Shown: piece after piece, positions 41,707 to 51,108 of the stretch
Layout of the letters: each line of letters opens with the position of its first letter
Numbering within the stretch: position 1 is the first letter of the stretch
The notes under the pieces: model-generated
Seen by the model: the letters and a program-made list of their open reading frames with translations, nothing else
Database searches by the model: none
Told to the model about the DNA's origin: nothing
From: Patescibacteria group bacterium
GTDB taxonomy: Bacteria; Patescibacteriota; Kazan-3B-28
Assembly (NCBI GenBank): GCA_028717565.1
Contig: JAQUNP010000001.1
Location: 112,997 to 176,996 of the forward strand
Direction of reading: 5' to 3'
Length of the DNA stretch: 64,000 nucleotides
Position numbers and translations under genes: made by a program

Positions 41707-43797
41707 ATGATATATGGGAGGTATCAACATCTAGCAAATGGAGTGGCTTGGTTTCTGGCTGGGTGGCTCGCTTTTGGCTTCCCATTTTCTTATTTTCAGT
41801 TCACACCCTCTGTTCGGGCCGGTGGTGCGACCATGTACCTGCTGTGGGACTCGACTAATGGCGATCCGCCAGATGGCTGGGTAACACAATCTGGATCCGG
41901 CGACCCGGCCTATCAACGCTTTTTGCGAGGAGACGCGGCGGTTTCGGCTTTGAGCACGGGCGGTAATGAGGCAGGTATCCACAATCATACGTTAAGCAAC
42001 ATGACTGTCAGCACCAATATCGCTGGCGCGGCCTATAAAAATAACCGAGCTGATACGGTGGACTGTGCACTAAGTCACAGTCATAATATTTTGGCTTCCT
42101 TTATGGATGATGCCACCATCTTGCCCAAATACCGGGATTTGGTCCTAATCATGTACGAAGCCGGCATGCCAGATTTTTTGCCAGCTGACGTGATAGTTGG
42201 CTTTGCTTCTGGAGCCAGCATCCCATCTGGATTTACGCAATATTCATCACAAAACACCAACTTTGTCCGTCTCGCAGACGCCACTGGCAGTAGCACTGGT
42301 TCCAACACTCACACCCACACTAATGTCGCTATCATATTGGATGTTTGTGACACAATTTCTCTGAATAATCGCGGTGCCAACGTGGTGGCCAGTGAGAAGC
42401 ATTTTCATCAATACTCGGGGACCTCACCGACTGGCGACCACACCCCTCCCAGCACCGGCTTGCCCCTCTATAGTGTGGATGACGCCGATACTCCCCTCCC
42501 CACCGATATGATAGCGTTCTTTAACGCCTCTCCCCCAACGTGGTGGACCTCTTTAAGCGAATCGGGGGGAGATTTTTATCAAAAATATATCTACGGCAAT
42601 AGCACTTATGCCACTGGTACCGGTAGCGCTACCCACAATCACCCAGGTGTTACCCAACTGGTAACTGGTGCTGCTGTCGATCCAGGTCCGGTTCTAGTCG
42701 ATCCGGGAACTCCGTCCGCCTCGGCCGCCTCAAGCACACATACACATACCATTACTACGCCTACCTACTCCAATGAAAATAATGACCCGCCATATATTAA
42801 CGTAGTCGTGGCCAAATATGATCCGCCTGACTTAACTTGGTCATCAGGCATCTTGGATAGTTACACTATCTACGAATCAGGAACTTTGACCTGGGGAGCA
42901 GGCACGGAGGTGTGCTCGGCCACTTTAACTGATGACAACTCCTCGACTGTAGAATGTAGTGGCGATGGCATTGACGATTCTACCCAATACCGGATTGATG
43001 TTGTATTAAAAAACGTTGGCTCGGTAGCCGCTCATATGTATGGAGGTAGCGATACCGTAACTTTTAAAAATATTATTGGCGGCTGGGCGGGCACCACACC
43101 CACCATCGGCTCATGCGGATTTTATGATTCTGGTTCAGATGATACCGGCACACCATCATGTACCCCAGCGTCAGGCGCCAACGACGTAATTTTGTCTAAT
43201 ATCGGAGCAAGTAGCGAGGTGATTTTGGCCGCCTCCTCGGGATTGGAGGGATTTATGCTGATTGTCACAACTGACAGCGATGCAACTACCAGCTCTACTA
43301 GTTATATGGACACTATCATTGACACAAATAGTGAGGATTCTAGCAAAATCACTGTTTCGTTGGCTTCGGCTCTAGGGATCACGGCGCCCGACAACATAGT
43401 TTTGGCTGCTTCTAATCCCGGAGCCGTTAGTGAAACCACTTTCGAGACAGATGAATTGGTTGTAGTCACCGATGGGGGCAGTGGGTGGAGCTTGACGGCT
43501 GCCATGCAGACCACTTTTAGCGATGGTGGCTCCAACACTATTCCGGATGCGAGTGTCTATCTACATAAAGACGGCAATGTAGAAACCGAAGATGAATATA
43601 CGATTTGGTCTGGCGATGTAGAAAACGTTACCGAGACCGATGAAACTGTCTCGTTAGACGAATCCAGATCGGTGGGGACTAGAAGCAGCGGTACCGGTGG
43701 TGACACCACCAATGTTCGGCCAACTATCAAAATAATTATGCCTGTAGATCAGGCAATCGCTGACTATGATGGTGTCATCCGATTTACCGTAGTATAA
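41707..43797 (+). CDS. Large secreted protein: 3x tail-collar/HxH repeats plus C-terminal WxL-like domain
   Basis: Signal ending VRA; six HxH motifs in three repeats; C-terminal TDGGSGWSLTA...DYDGVIRFTVV. Confidence 0.75.
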   Translation: MIYGRYQHLANGVAWFLAGWLAFGFPFSYFQFTPSVRAGGATMYLLWDSTNGDPPDGWVTQSGSGDPAYQRFLRGDAAVSALSTGGNEAGIHNHTLSNMTVSTNIAGAAYKNNRADTVDCALSHSHNILASFMDDATILPKYRDLVLIMYEAGMPDFLPADVIVGFASGASIPSGFTQYSSQNTNFVRLADATGSSTGSNTHTHTNVAIILDVCDTISLNNRGANVVASEKHFHQYSGTSPTGDHTPPSTGLPLYSVDDADTPLPTDMIAFFNASPPTWWTSLSESGGDFYQKYIYGNSTYATGTGSATHNHPGVTQLVTGAAVDPGPVLVDPGTPSASAASSTHTHTITTPTYSNENNDPPYINVVVAKYDPPDLTWSSGILDSYTIYESGTLTWGAGTEVCSATLTDDNSSTVECSGDGIDDSTQYRIDVVLKNVGSVAAHMYGGSDTVTFKNIIGGWAGTTPTIGSCGFYDSGSDDTGTPSCTPASGANDVILSNIGASSEVILAASSGLEGFMLIVTTDSDATTSSTSYMDTIIDTNSEDSSKITVSLASALGITAPDNIVLAASNPGAVSETTFETDELVVVTDGGSGWSLTAAMQTTFSDGGSNTIPDASVYLHKDGNVETEDEYTIWSGDVENVTETDETVSLDESRSVGTRSSGTGGDTTNVRPTIKIIMPVDQAIADYDGVIRFTVV

Positions 43798-44191
43798 AAA
43801 GTTGATGCTTTTCCATCTGGTGTTGATGTAAAATGGTTTTAAGAAATAAATGGCTAAGTAAGGGGTCCATTGTCAAAAGCCAATCGCGATGATAAGGGAC
43901 GATAAATCGCGAAACAATCAGGACCACAGCGGCGACGCTCCGGCTATGCGACGCCCAAGAATAGTAAGTAGGCCGATAATATTTTTAACCGGCTGACTAA
44001 GAGCAAAACTCTGGCAGAAAACAAAAGTACGATAGGCCTGCGAAATATTTAGCGGCCGACCTCGTCTTTCGAGGATACAATGACCACTACAATTGTTGCG
44101 CAAGCGTTTTTACTCGCTTCTCTTTTCGGAAAAACAGAATTTGTCACCGGCAGGATTATCGTGACCTAACAAGTCACGAAATTTTTATATC

Positions 44192-45139
44192 ATGAAACAA
44201 CCATCGCGTTCTATCCCCATCCTGATTCTCTCGAACTTAGTGCTTTTAGGCGCACTGATTTTTGTATGCGTGTTTTGCATCAACCATCCCCACAGTTCAA
44301 AATATCCACTGGTAGATATCACTAGGGACTTTATACCACAGGAAGATTTCATCATTAATATTCAACCCCTACGTGAGCAGGTGCGGGAAATGATTGATCA
44401 GTATGGAGCTAATCGGGTCTCGGCCTATATCGAATTTTTAAACACGGGCTCTAATATCGCTGTGAACCCCGACTTAAAACTTTGGTCGGCTAGTTTGGGT
44501 AAGGTGCCTTTGGGCATGACAGTAATGAAAAAGGTGGAAAATGGGTTGTGGGATCTAAACAGCGAATTGGTGCTGTTTGAGGGAGATCGAGACCCTTTGT
44601 CTAGTGATGCCACAGACCCCCTGTTTCGCTACCCTATCGGTACCCGTTTTACGATTGAAAAGCTAATGGAATATCTACTAACCTATTCTGACAATACTGC
44701 CGGGCAGATTTTAACACGTAACCTAAGCCAAGATGACACTCAATTGATTATCGAGGATACTGGCGCCGAAGAGCTGTTTACTGAAGAAGGCAAGATGAGC
44801 TCCAAAGAATATGCCCGACTATACCGAGCGCTATACACCTCTAGCTTTTTGAACCGAGACGGTTCACAAAAAATCTTGGACTGGTTAGCCAATGCCAGTT
44901 TCAGAAAATATCTTTCAACCGGCATACCAGAAGGTATTTCGTTTGCTCACAAATACGGGGAAAATCGAACTGATTTAGTCATCGCCGACTCGGGCATTGT
45001 CTATCTGCCGAACCGACCGTTTTTAATGGTGGTAATGGTGCAAAAGTTAGATGATTCGGCAGCGGAGGATATAAAAGCGCGGGCCTTTATGCACGACATA
45101 GCCGAGACAACATATAACTATTTTGCCAACTATCAATGA
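44192..45139 (+). CDS. Class A beta-lactamase-fold serine hydrolase (PBP-like), membrane anchored
   Basis: SLGK (SxxK), SDN, HKYG; N-terminal TM. Confidence 0.85.
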   Translation: MKQPSRSIPILILSNLVLLGALIFVCVFCINHPHSSKYPLVDITRDFIPQEDFIINIQPLREQVREMIDQYGANRVSAYIEFLNTGSNIAVNPDLKLWSASLGKVPLGMTVMKKVENGLWDLNSELVLFEGDRDPLSSDATDPLFRYPIGTRFTIEKLMEYLLTYSDNTAGQILTRNLSQDDTQLIIEDTGAEELFTEEGKMSSKEYARLYRALYTSSFLNRDGSQKILDWLANASFRKYLSTGIPEGISFAHKYGENRTDLVIADSGIVYLPNRPFLMVVMVQKLDDSAAEDIKARAFMHDIAETTYNYFANYQ

Positions 45140-47538
45140 TACGGCGGGGATTTTATTGGCTGGTGGCTTTCATGCTGACTGTTCAGCTGGTTTTGCCCAG
45201 TAGCTTAGTTACCCAGTTGCTTCGGGACTGTAACATAGTAGATGTTTTATATCTTTCTTCAAAAAGCCACAACCTAGCCGATAACCAGTTAGCCGGTTCA
45301 CAAAATGCACACGCTCAGTCGGCCAGCCAAACTACCTTTTATTTTAAAAACGATACCAGAAGTGCAAACACCTACTGGGGTGTAGCCGGTCCTACAGTGG
45401 ACAACAGCACTGATACAGTAGAGATTACGGTAAGTGGTGCTACCACAGCCGGCGCCATGCATCCAATTGCTGGGCCTATAGTTCCCGCCACTACCAGTGA
45501 CAGCGTAGTGGGCACTAGTTTGGGAGATAGCAACGCGGATTTGGCATGGTACAAAACCTTTATTATGCCCATTGCCTCCGGCACCCAGTTTACGGCTTTG
45601 ACCATGTTTCAGGTTGCCGCATCGTTTGACGAAAGCAACGCGGCCGCCAATGCTTACGCCAGAGCTTTTGCTTATGTGTATGACTCCGGCAGCAATTCCA
45701 ATGTCCAAACCCTAGCTGGTCCGACTAGTCACAGTACTGAAATCGGTACCAGTGATCAAGGTAAGATTTGGTACTTAATGAATGCAGTGGGAGTTACTCC
45801 CTACACGACGGATAACAATGACTTTTTAGCCGTTGAAATCTGGGTGGATTTCCAGCATACCACCACCACGGCCTACACTTGCACATTCCGCTGGGGAGGT
45901 AACACGAATATAGTGGACAATACGGCCAACACTACACCAGCCAGTCGGATTACCATTAGCAATACTACTGTTGACACCTTTGACCCTCTGTGGCTCTTGC
46001 CGACTAATGCGGACCATGAGGTCACGCCTAATGCCCATCAAACCGGCGATTCATTCCAGGGCGGCACTTGGGAGGGCAGACGTATGAGTACTACGGCTGG
46101 CGGTGGCGCCGAGCTCAAAAGCCAAGCCGTATCCACATCTGTTGGCAACTGGCGGATGAATACTTTCGTCTCTCCCCCACTAGCTGCCCAGACGATTCCT
46201 GCTGGCAACTGGGTCATTCATATGCATGGTAACGAATCCAGCACTTCGGCTAATGCTAGATTTCGAAGTATGATCTACATTTGGAAAAATGACGACTCCG
46301 GCATCCGCGGGACCATTAAGTCAGTGGGCAATGCTTCGACCGAATGGGGCACAGCCACCACGAATAATCAAGTGGAAGATGTGGTGGCGGGCTCGACAGT
46401 AGCTGTGAGTGCTGGCGATAGATTGGTATTAGAAATGGAAGCTGTTACCGTTACCTCCTCTGGCGCTTATACTACCAATCACCGCTTTGGAGCAGATCCT
46501 ACAACACCTGGCACTTCGGTATATGATAGTGCCATCCTGCCACCGATGAACTATTCCTCTACACCCACTCCCCTGCAGTTTTTAACTGAAGATTTCAGCC
46601 AGACCCACTATCACTTCGATGAGGACAATGATGGCGAAACCCATAGTGCGTGGACTGATTCGGTGGGCAGCATTGCTGAAGATACTCCTGGCACTTATTC
46701 GGTCAGTACTAATTTTCGACTTAGAATTCAAATTGCTTCCACAGGCGGTGAAAATGCTGGTCTGGTTCCGTTTTTATACTATCAAACCAAAAGTCCGCCT
46801 GGTTCGTGGACTCTGGTCACCAATAGTTCAACTGACATCCAAACCTCCCTGTCAGGTAATTTTGACCAAAATACAGCCACCAGCAGACAGCTAACTGACC
46901 TCACTAGTAGTGGATGGGATTTTACTGCTGGTAGAATGATTGAGGACTCTGGGGGAACTGTGTCCAACACTTCGATGAATGCCTGGAGTTTTACCGAATT
47001 TGAATGGTCTTTGACTGGTGTTAATGCAAATATCTATTTGTTCAAAGCCACCTATGCCGGTAGTGATTTCGGTTTGTATGCGAGCACCCCAGAAGTCACC
47101 ATCACTGCGGGGTCTCCACTAAGCGTTTTTGCTCCAGCGGCACAAGACCTTGGCTCTCTTAGTCCAGGCGATGTGGGGCAGTACACTTTTGGGGAGCCTG
47201 TCATTATTACTGACGGTGGCGCAGGATGGTCACTAACGGCAGTTATTACTGTGCCTTTAAATAACGGTAAAACTAACCTAGATAGTTCTAATGTCAAACT
47301 AAGAAAAGACGGGGTTGTCGATGGTGGGAGTGATGTTTATACCATCTGGGATAATGAGGTCAGCTACGTTTCAGAAAACGAGGAAACGGTTGGTTTAGAC
47401 ACGTCTCGTACCGTCGGGATACGCAGCCGAGGCCGAGCTAGTGAGATGACCTTGGTGAGCCCTAGTTTGCAAATTGAAATACCGGTTGCCCAACAGACCG
47501 GAGATTATCGAGGAGTCCTCGAGTTCACTGTCGTTTAG
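45136..47538 (+). CDS. Large secreted Ser/Thr-rich protein with C-terminal WxL-like domain
   Basis: C-terminal TDGGAGWSLTA...DYRGVLEFTVV homologous to 41707-43797; two internal beta-rich repeats. Confidence 0.75.
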   Translation: MIRRGFYWLVAFMLTVQLVLPSSLVTQLLRDCNIVDVLYLSSKSHNLADNQLAGSQNAHAQSASQTTFYFKNDTRSANTYWGVAGPTVDNSTDTVEITVSGATTAGAMHPIAGPIVPATTSDSVVGTSLGDSNADLAWYKTFIMPIASGTQFTALTMFQVAASFDESNAAANAYARAFAYVYDSGSNSNVQTLAGPTSHSTEIGTSDQGKIWYLMNAVGVTPYTTDNNDFLAVEIWVDFQHTTTTAYTCTFRWGGNTNIVDNTANTTPASRITISNTTVDTFDPLWLLPTNADHEVTPNAHQTGDSFQGGTWEGRRMSTTAGGGAELKSQAVSTSVGNWRMNTFVSPPLAAQTIPAGNWVIHMHGNESSTSANARFRSMIYIWKNDDSGIRGTIKSVGNASTEWGTATTNNQVEDVVAGSTVAVSAGDRLVLEMEAVTVTSSGAYTTNHRFGADPTTPGTSVYDSAILPPMNYSSTPTPLQFLTEDFSQTHYHFDEDNDGETHSAWTDSVGSIAEDTPGTYSVSTNFRLRIQIASTGGENAGLVPFLYYQTKSPPGSWTLVTNSSTDIQTSLSGNFDQNTATSRQLTDLTSSGWDFTAGRMIEDSGGTVSNTSMNAWSFTEFEWSLTGVNANIYLFKATYAGSDFGLYASTPEVTITAGSPLSVFAPAAQDLGSLSPGDVGQYTFGEPVIITDGGAGWSLTAVITVPLNNGKTNLDSSNVKLRKDGVVDGGSDVYTIWDNEVSYVSENEETVGLDTSRTVGIRSRGRASEMTLVSPSLQIEIPVAQQTGDYRGVLEFTVV

Positions 47539-47564
47539 AAAAGTTACGGTGATACAATTAGATC

Positions 47565-48584
47565 ATGCGACTTAGGCTACAGTTCCAGATATTTTTATGG
47601 GTTGGCTTGGGGCTTTTGCTGTACGCACTTTGGCTGACCCTCCGAGTCCCTGCAGTTCAGCATCTAGTCGAGCGGCTAGTGGCCGATCAACCCGTCACTG
47701 TTTTAGCTGGTGGTGATGTGAATTTGGGCCGACAAACCGGACAAGAAATTTTGGCTGGGAATATAGATTATCCTTTTCAAAATATCACTGGCATTTTACA
47801 GAGTGCAGATATTACTTTCGTAAATCTCGAGAGCCAACTGGCTGACCTCAACGGTGAAACCCAATCCCCCACTAATGAATACCGCTTTGCCGGTCCGCCC
47901 CAAGGGGCGCTTGCGTTGCACAATGCGGGTATAGATATTGTATCGATTGCCAATAACCACATGTGGGATTATGGCCAAGAGCGTTTGCAAGAAACCATTA
48001 ATAATCTGAATGCTCAAGAAATTGTATATGTGGGTGCCGACATGTTACCAGAAAATCGTTTCGCAGCCAAAATTCTTGAGGTACGTGGTCAAAAAATCGC
48101 CTTTCTGGCGTTCACTGATTTGCTCAACGGTTATGAGAAAAGTGGTGCTGACCAATATGTCGCTTTCGGCGATGAAGACGCATGCATAGCCGAAATCAAA
48201 CAAGTCCGCGAATTTGCTGACTGGGTGCTAGTTTCCCTGCATGCTGGAGCCGAATACACAGCCAAACCTACTGCCCGAACTATTGAACTAGCTCATACTT
48301 TTATTGATGCTGGCGCTGATGCAATTTTGGGTCACCACCCTCATGTCCCTCACCCAATCGAGATCTACAAAGATAAGCCCATTTTCTACTCATTGGGTAA
48401 TTTTGCTTTCTGGCAGCCATTTACTTTCTGGACGCAAAATAGTTTTTTGATAAAGCTGGAGCTAACCGAGCCCCGACAGTTGGATTACGAGATCATCCCA
48501 GTTAAAGCAGGTTGGCAACCAGAGATGCTGACCAAAAGTGATGACATTGCCACACTCATGACACGGCTACATTCCCAAATCTGA
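47565..48584 (+). CDS. CapA/PgsA-family metallophosphoesterase
   Basis: GGDV.LGR, NLES, ANNH..DYG, H.G.EY, GHHPH, YSLGNF. Confidence 0.9.
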   Translation: MRLRLQFQIFLWVGLGLLLYALWLTLRVPAVQHLVERLVADQPVTVLAGGDVNLGRQTGQEILAGNIDYPFQNITGILQSADITFVNLESQLADLNGETQSPTNEYRFAGPPQGALALHNAGIDIVSIANNHMWDYGQERLQETINNLNAQEIVYVGADMLPENRFAAKILEVRGQKIAFLAFTDLLNGYEKSGADQYVAFGDEDACIAEIKQVREFADWVLVSLHAGAEYTAKPTARTIELAHTFIDAGADAILGHHPHVPHPIEIYKDKPIFYSLGNFAFWQPFTFWTQNSFLIKLELTEPRQLDYEIIPVKAGWQPEMLTKSDDIATLMTRLHSQI

Positions 48585-48622
48585 TATAATAGGAGCGAAA
48601 TTATCACTAATCATGCTGTCTT

Positions 48623-49618
48623 ATGAAATCTGATAAAAAAATTAACCCGTGGCATGTGTTCCAAATGGCCGTGGGGGTTTTGGCGATTATTGTTATTGGC
48701 TACTTCGCAGTTAGCTCACCGACTACCCGAGCATCTTCAGTCACTCAGGCGGTCGACGGTGACATTGTGCTTTCGGATAGTGATTTCGAAACGTATATGG
48801 CCTACGAATTTGAATATTTCTTGGAGAAAGAAGGCGTCAGTTATGTCACAGCGGAGGCCGAAGCCCGAACTCAGTATCTCAACGATGATTATGGAATTGG
48901 CGACGATACCACTGGTGACACCGTTAGCGAAGAAGCCGAAAGCACGTCCAGCGATTCTGCCCCGACCGGTTTTTGGGATAAGGTTCTTGGCTGGTTCCAG
49001 CGAACCTTTCTAGGCACTGGCGCCGAAGCAGCCACGGATACAACCTGGGAAGCGCACAATAAAAAGATTGCCGATTTAGAAGCTCAGCTGAAAGAGGCAG
49101 AGTGGGCTTTAAACAAGGAAAAGCAGCTTTACGCTGCCGCCTATGATGCGTGGAAACAAGATGTACTCTACGAAAGCCCCGAAGCTGAAAAAAGGGACAA
49201 GGCCATTAAGAAGGCTCGGGTTGATGCAGCTTTGAAAGCTTTAAAGAATGCGGAGGCCAGAGTGGCTCAGATAAAATCTCAGTTGGCGAAGGCTAAGCAA
49301 GATTTTAAGGACTACCAGGATACTATGTCCAGACAAAGACGATCTACCGGTAAGCGTGGGTCAAGCGGTAGCCGGGATAGACAAAAGGGCTACGCCGATG
49401 CTAGAGATGAACTCGGACGAACCCCAACTTATGAAGAGTGGGTGGAGGCCTTCTTGAAACAGTTAGAGGCAAACCCACCGACCACACCCAAAAGTCCTAT
49501 CCCCGAGCCAGAACCCTTACCGGCCTATCCGACAACTCCTGGGTTAAATCTTGATTCCAAGTTGAACGCCACCACGCCATCTGCAACCCTTAATCAGTCT
49601 ACTACCTCATCAAAGTAA
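48623..49618 (+). CDS. Secreted/anchored coiled-coil protein, paralog A
   Basis: N-terminal hydrophobic segment, acidic region, coiled coil, PTYEEW, Pro-rich tail. Confidence 0.8.
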   Translation: MKSDKKINPWHVFQMAVGVLAIIVIGYFAVSSPTTRASSVTQAVDGDIVLSDSDFETYMAYEFEYFLEKEGVSYVTAEAEARTQYLNDDYGIGDDTTGDTVSEEAESTSSDSAPTGFWDKVLGWFQRTFLGTGAEAATDTTWEAHNKKIADLEAQLKEAEWALNKEKQLYAAAYDAWKQDVLYESPEAEKRDKAIKKARVDAALKALKNAEARVAQIKSQLAKAKQDFKDYQDTMSRQRRSTGKRGSSGSRDRQKGYADARDELGRTPTYEEWVEAFLKQLEANPPTTPKSPIPEPEPLPAYPTTPGLNLDSKLNATTPSATLNQSTTSSK

Positions 49619-49638
49619 ATATTTAATTGCCCATTTTG

Positions 49639-51093
49639 ATGCAACCGAATCACAATACCCCGCAGCACTACTTGGAAATGGCCGTTGCCATTGTGGCGGT
49701 GGTAGTGATTGGTGCTTTTGGCGTGTTGAATAATTTTCACACACACGCTGCGACCACTTTAACAACTGACGAGCAGACCAGAGTGGACGAATATCTGGCT
49801 CGGTTGTGGTTGGAAGAGAATGGTGACACGTATGCCAATGAGCTGACCCAAATTGATCTGGACTATGTTGCCGCCGTACAGGAAATTATGTCCCAAGAGC
49901 CCACCCCAACCCTCGACGAGGACATCTTGGCCAAAGCCACCAGATCGGATGCGGCCGAGTTTGTGTATGCTTTGTTCGGGACGACTGGTTATGATGCCGC
50001 GGATGATACCACTATGTCCGAGACCGGTTTCACAACCGATACCAAAATTATTACCGAGGTAGTTGGGGCCTTGTCTCTCAACAGCGAGACCTATTCGCCT
50101 GGTGCCCTTTTGGCCACCGCTGCAAGTTACGCCGACCCAGAGTTTGACGGCCGCACCTTTTCTAGCGAAGAGGTGGAATCTATGACGGAACTGGCTAGTA
50201 ATTTTGCCGAGGAACAAAATCTCCCAGAGCTAATCAACGATGTCAATATGTGGCTCAGTGAAAAATCGGCTCCGCCAAGCAAAAGTTGGTGGCAAAGATT
50301 CATCGATTGGATCAAGGGCTTATTTAAGCCAGCTGAGGCACAGGCCCTTATCGCAGCCATGTTGCCAATCGTGGGGCAGATTCAACAAAGTTTGGTGAGC
50401 TATTTGCAAGCCAACCCGGGTCTTATGTCCACTTCGTCCGGGCAAAGCTGGACCTGGGGAAAGCCAGAGGCACTAAATGAACAAGAACAAGCTTTAGTAG
50501 ACGAGCTGGAGTGGCTGAATGAACGTTTGAAATTAAATGAGGAGGCACTGGCCAAAGCCGAAAAGGAGGGTAAGAAAGTCACGGCCGCTATTCATAGACG
50601 AGCCATTCAGCTGATAAAAGAGAAGATGTTAGGCGTCATGCAGAAATTAAATGAGCTACGAAGAAAGGCCAAAGCTATTCGCGATGCCAAAGTGGCTCGA
50701 GACGAACAGGAGCGTAAAGCTGCCGAGCGGGCCAGTCAACGTAGCCGCCGATCACAAAGTGATGGTCAAAAGGCCTACGAGGAGGCCAAGAGTAAGGCCA
50801 ATAAACCGCCCACTTATGACGAATGGCTGGACAAACTAGCAGAGCTCTTGGGAGGAGATGATATAAAACCACGAAAGCCCATGCCTGAGCCAGAGCCGTT
50901 ACCAATCAGCCCACCAGGGCTGGGTGAACCCTCGATTCCGGGTCTGGACAATCCGCTCATTCCGAGCGCACCGGAGCCGAATGAAAATATTACTATCCCA
51001 CCGATTGAGCCGGAACCAGCCGAGCCAGTCATACCCACCCCTACCCCTCTACTCAATGAGTCACTAGAACCAGGACTAAATACCAGTAACTGA
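49639..51093 (+). CDS. Secreted/anchored coiled-coil protein, paralog B
   Basis: Same architecture as 48623-49618; PTYDEW, PEPEPLP. Confidence 0.8.
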   Translation: MQPNHNTPQHYLEMAVAIVAVVVIGAFGVLNNFHTHAATTLTTDEQTRVDEYLARLWLEENGDTYANELTQIDLDYVAAVQEIMSQEPTPTLDEDILAKATRSDAAEFVYALFGTTGYDAADDTTMSETGFTTDTKIITEVVGALSLNSETYSPGALLATAASYADPEFDGRTFSSEEVESMTELASNFAEEQNLPELINDVNMWLSEKSAPPSKSWWQRFIDWIKGLFKPAEAQALIAAMLPIVGQIQQSLVSYLQANPGLMSTSSGQSWTWGKPEALNEQEQALVDELEWLNERLKLNEEALAKAEKEGKKVTAAIHRRAIQLIKEKMLGVMQKLNELRRKAKAIRDAKVARDEQERKAAERASQRSRRSQSDGQKAYEEAKSKANKPPTYDEWLDKLAELLGGDDIKPRKPMPEPEPLPISPPGLGEPSIPGLDNPLIPSAPEPNENITIPPIEPEPAEPVIPTPTPLLNESLEPGLNTSN

Positions 51094-51108
51094 TAGAGCC
51101 ATCGGATT

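Noticed and set aside
41707-43797. Prophage tail gene
   Set aside because: It has a signal peptide and WxL-like C-terminus, and there are no capsid, terminase or integrase genes nearby
43860-44190. tmRNA or c-di-GMP riboswitch
   Set aside because: No tRNA-like ends (GGGG..TCGA / TCCACCA) and no recognisable GEMM consensus
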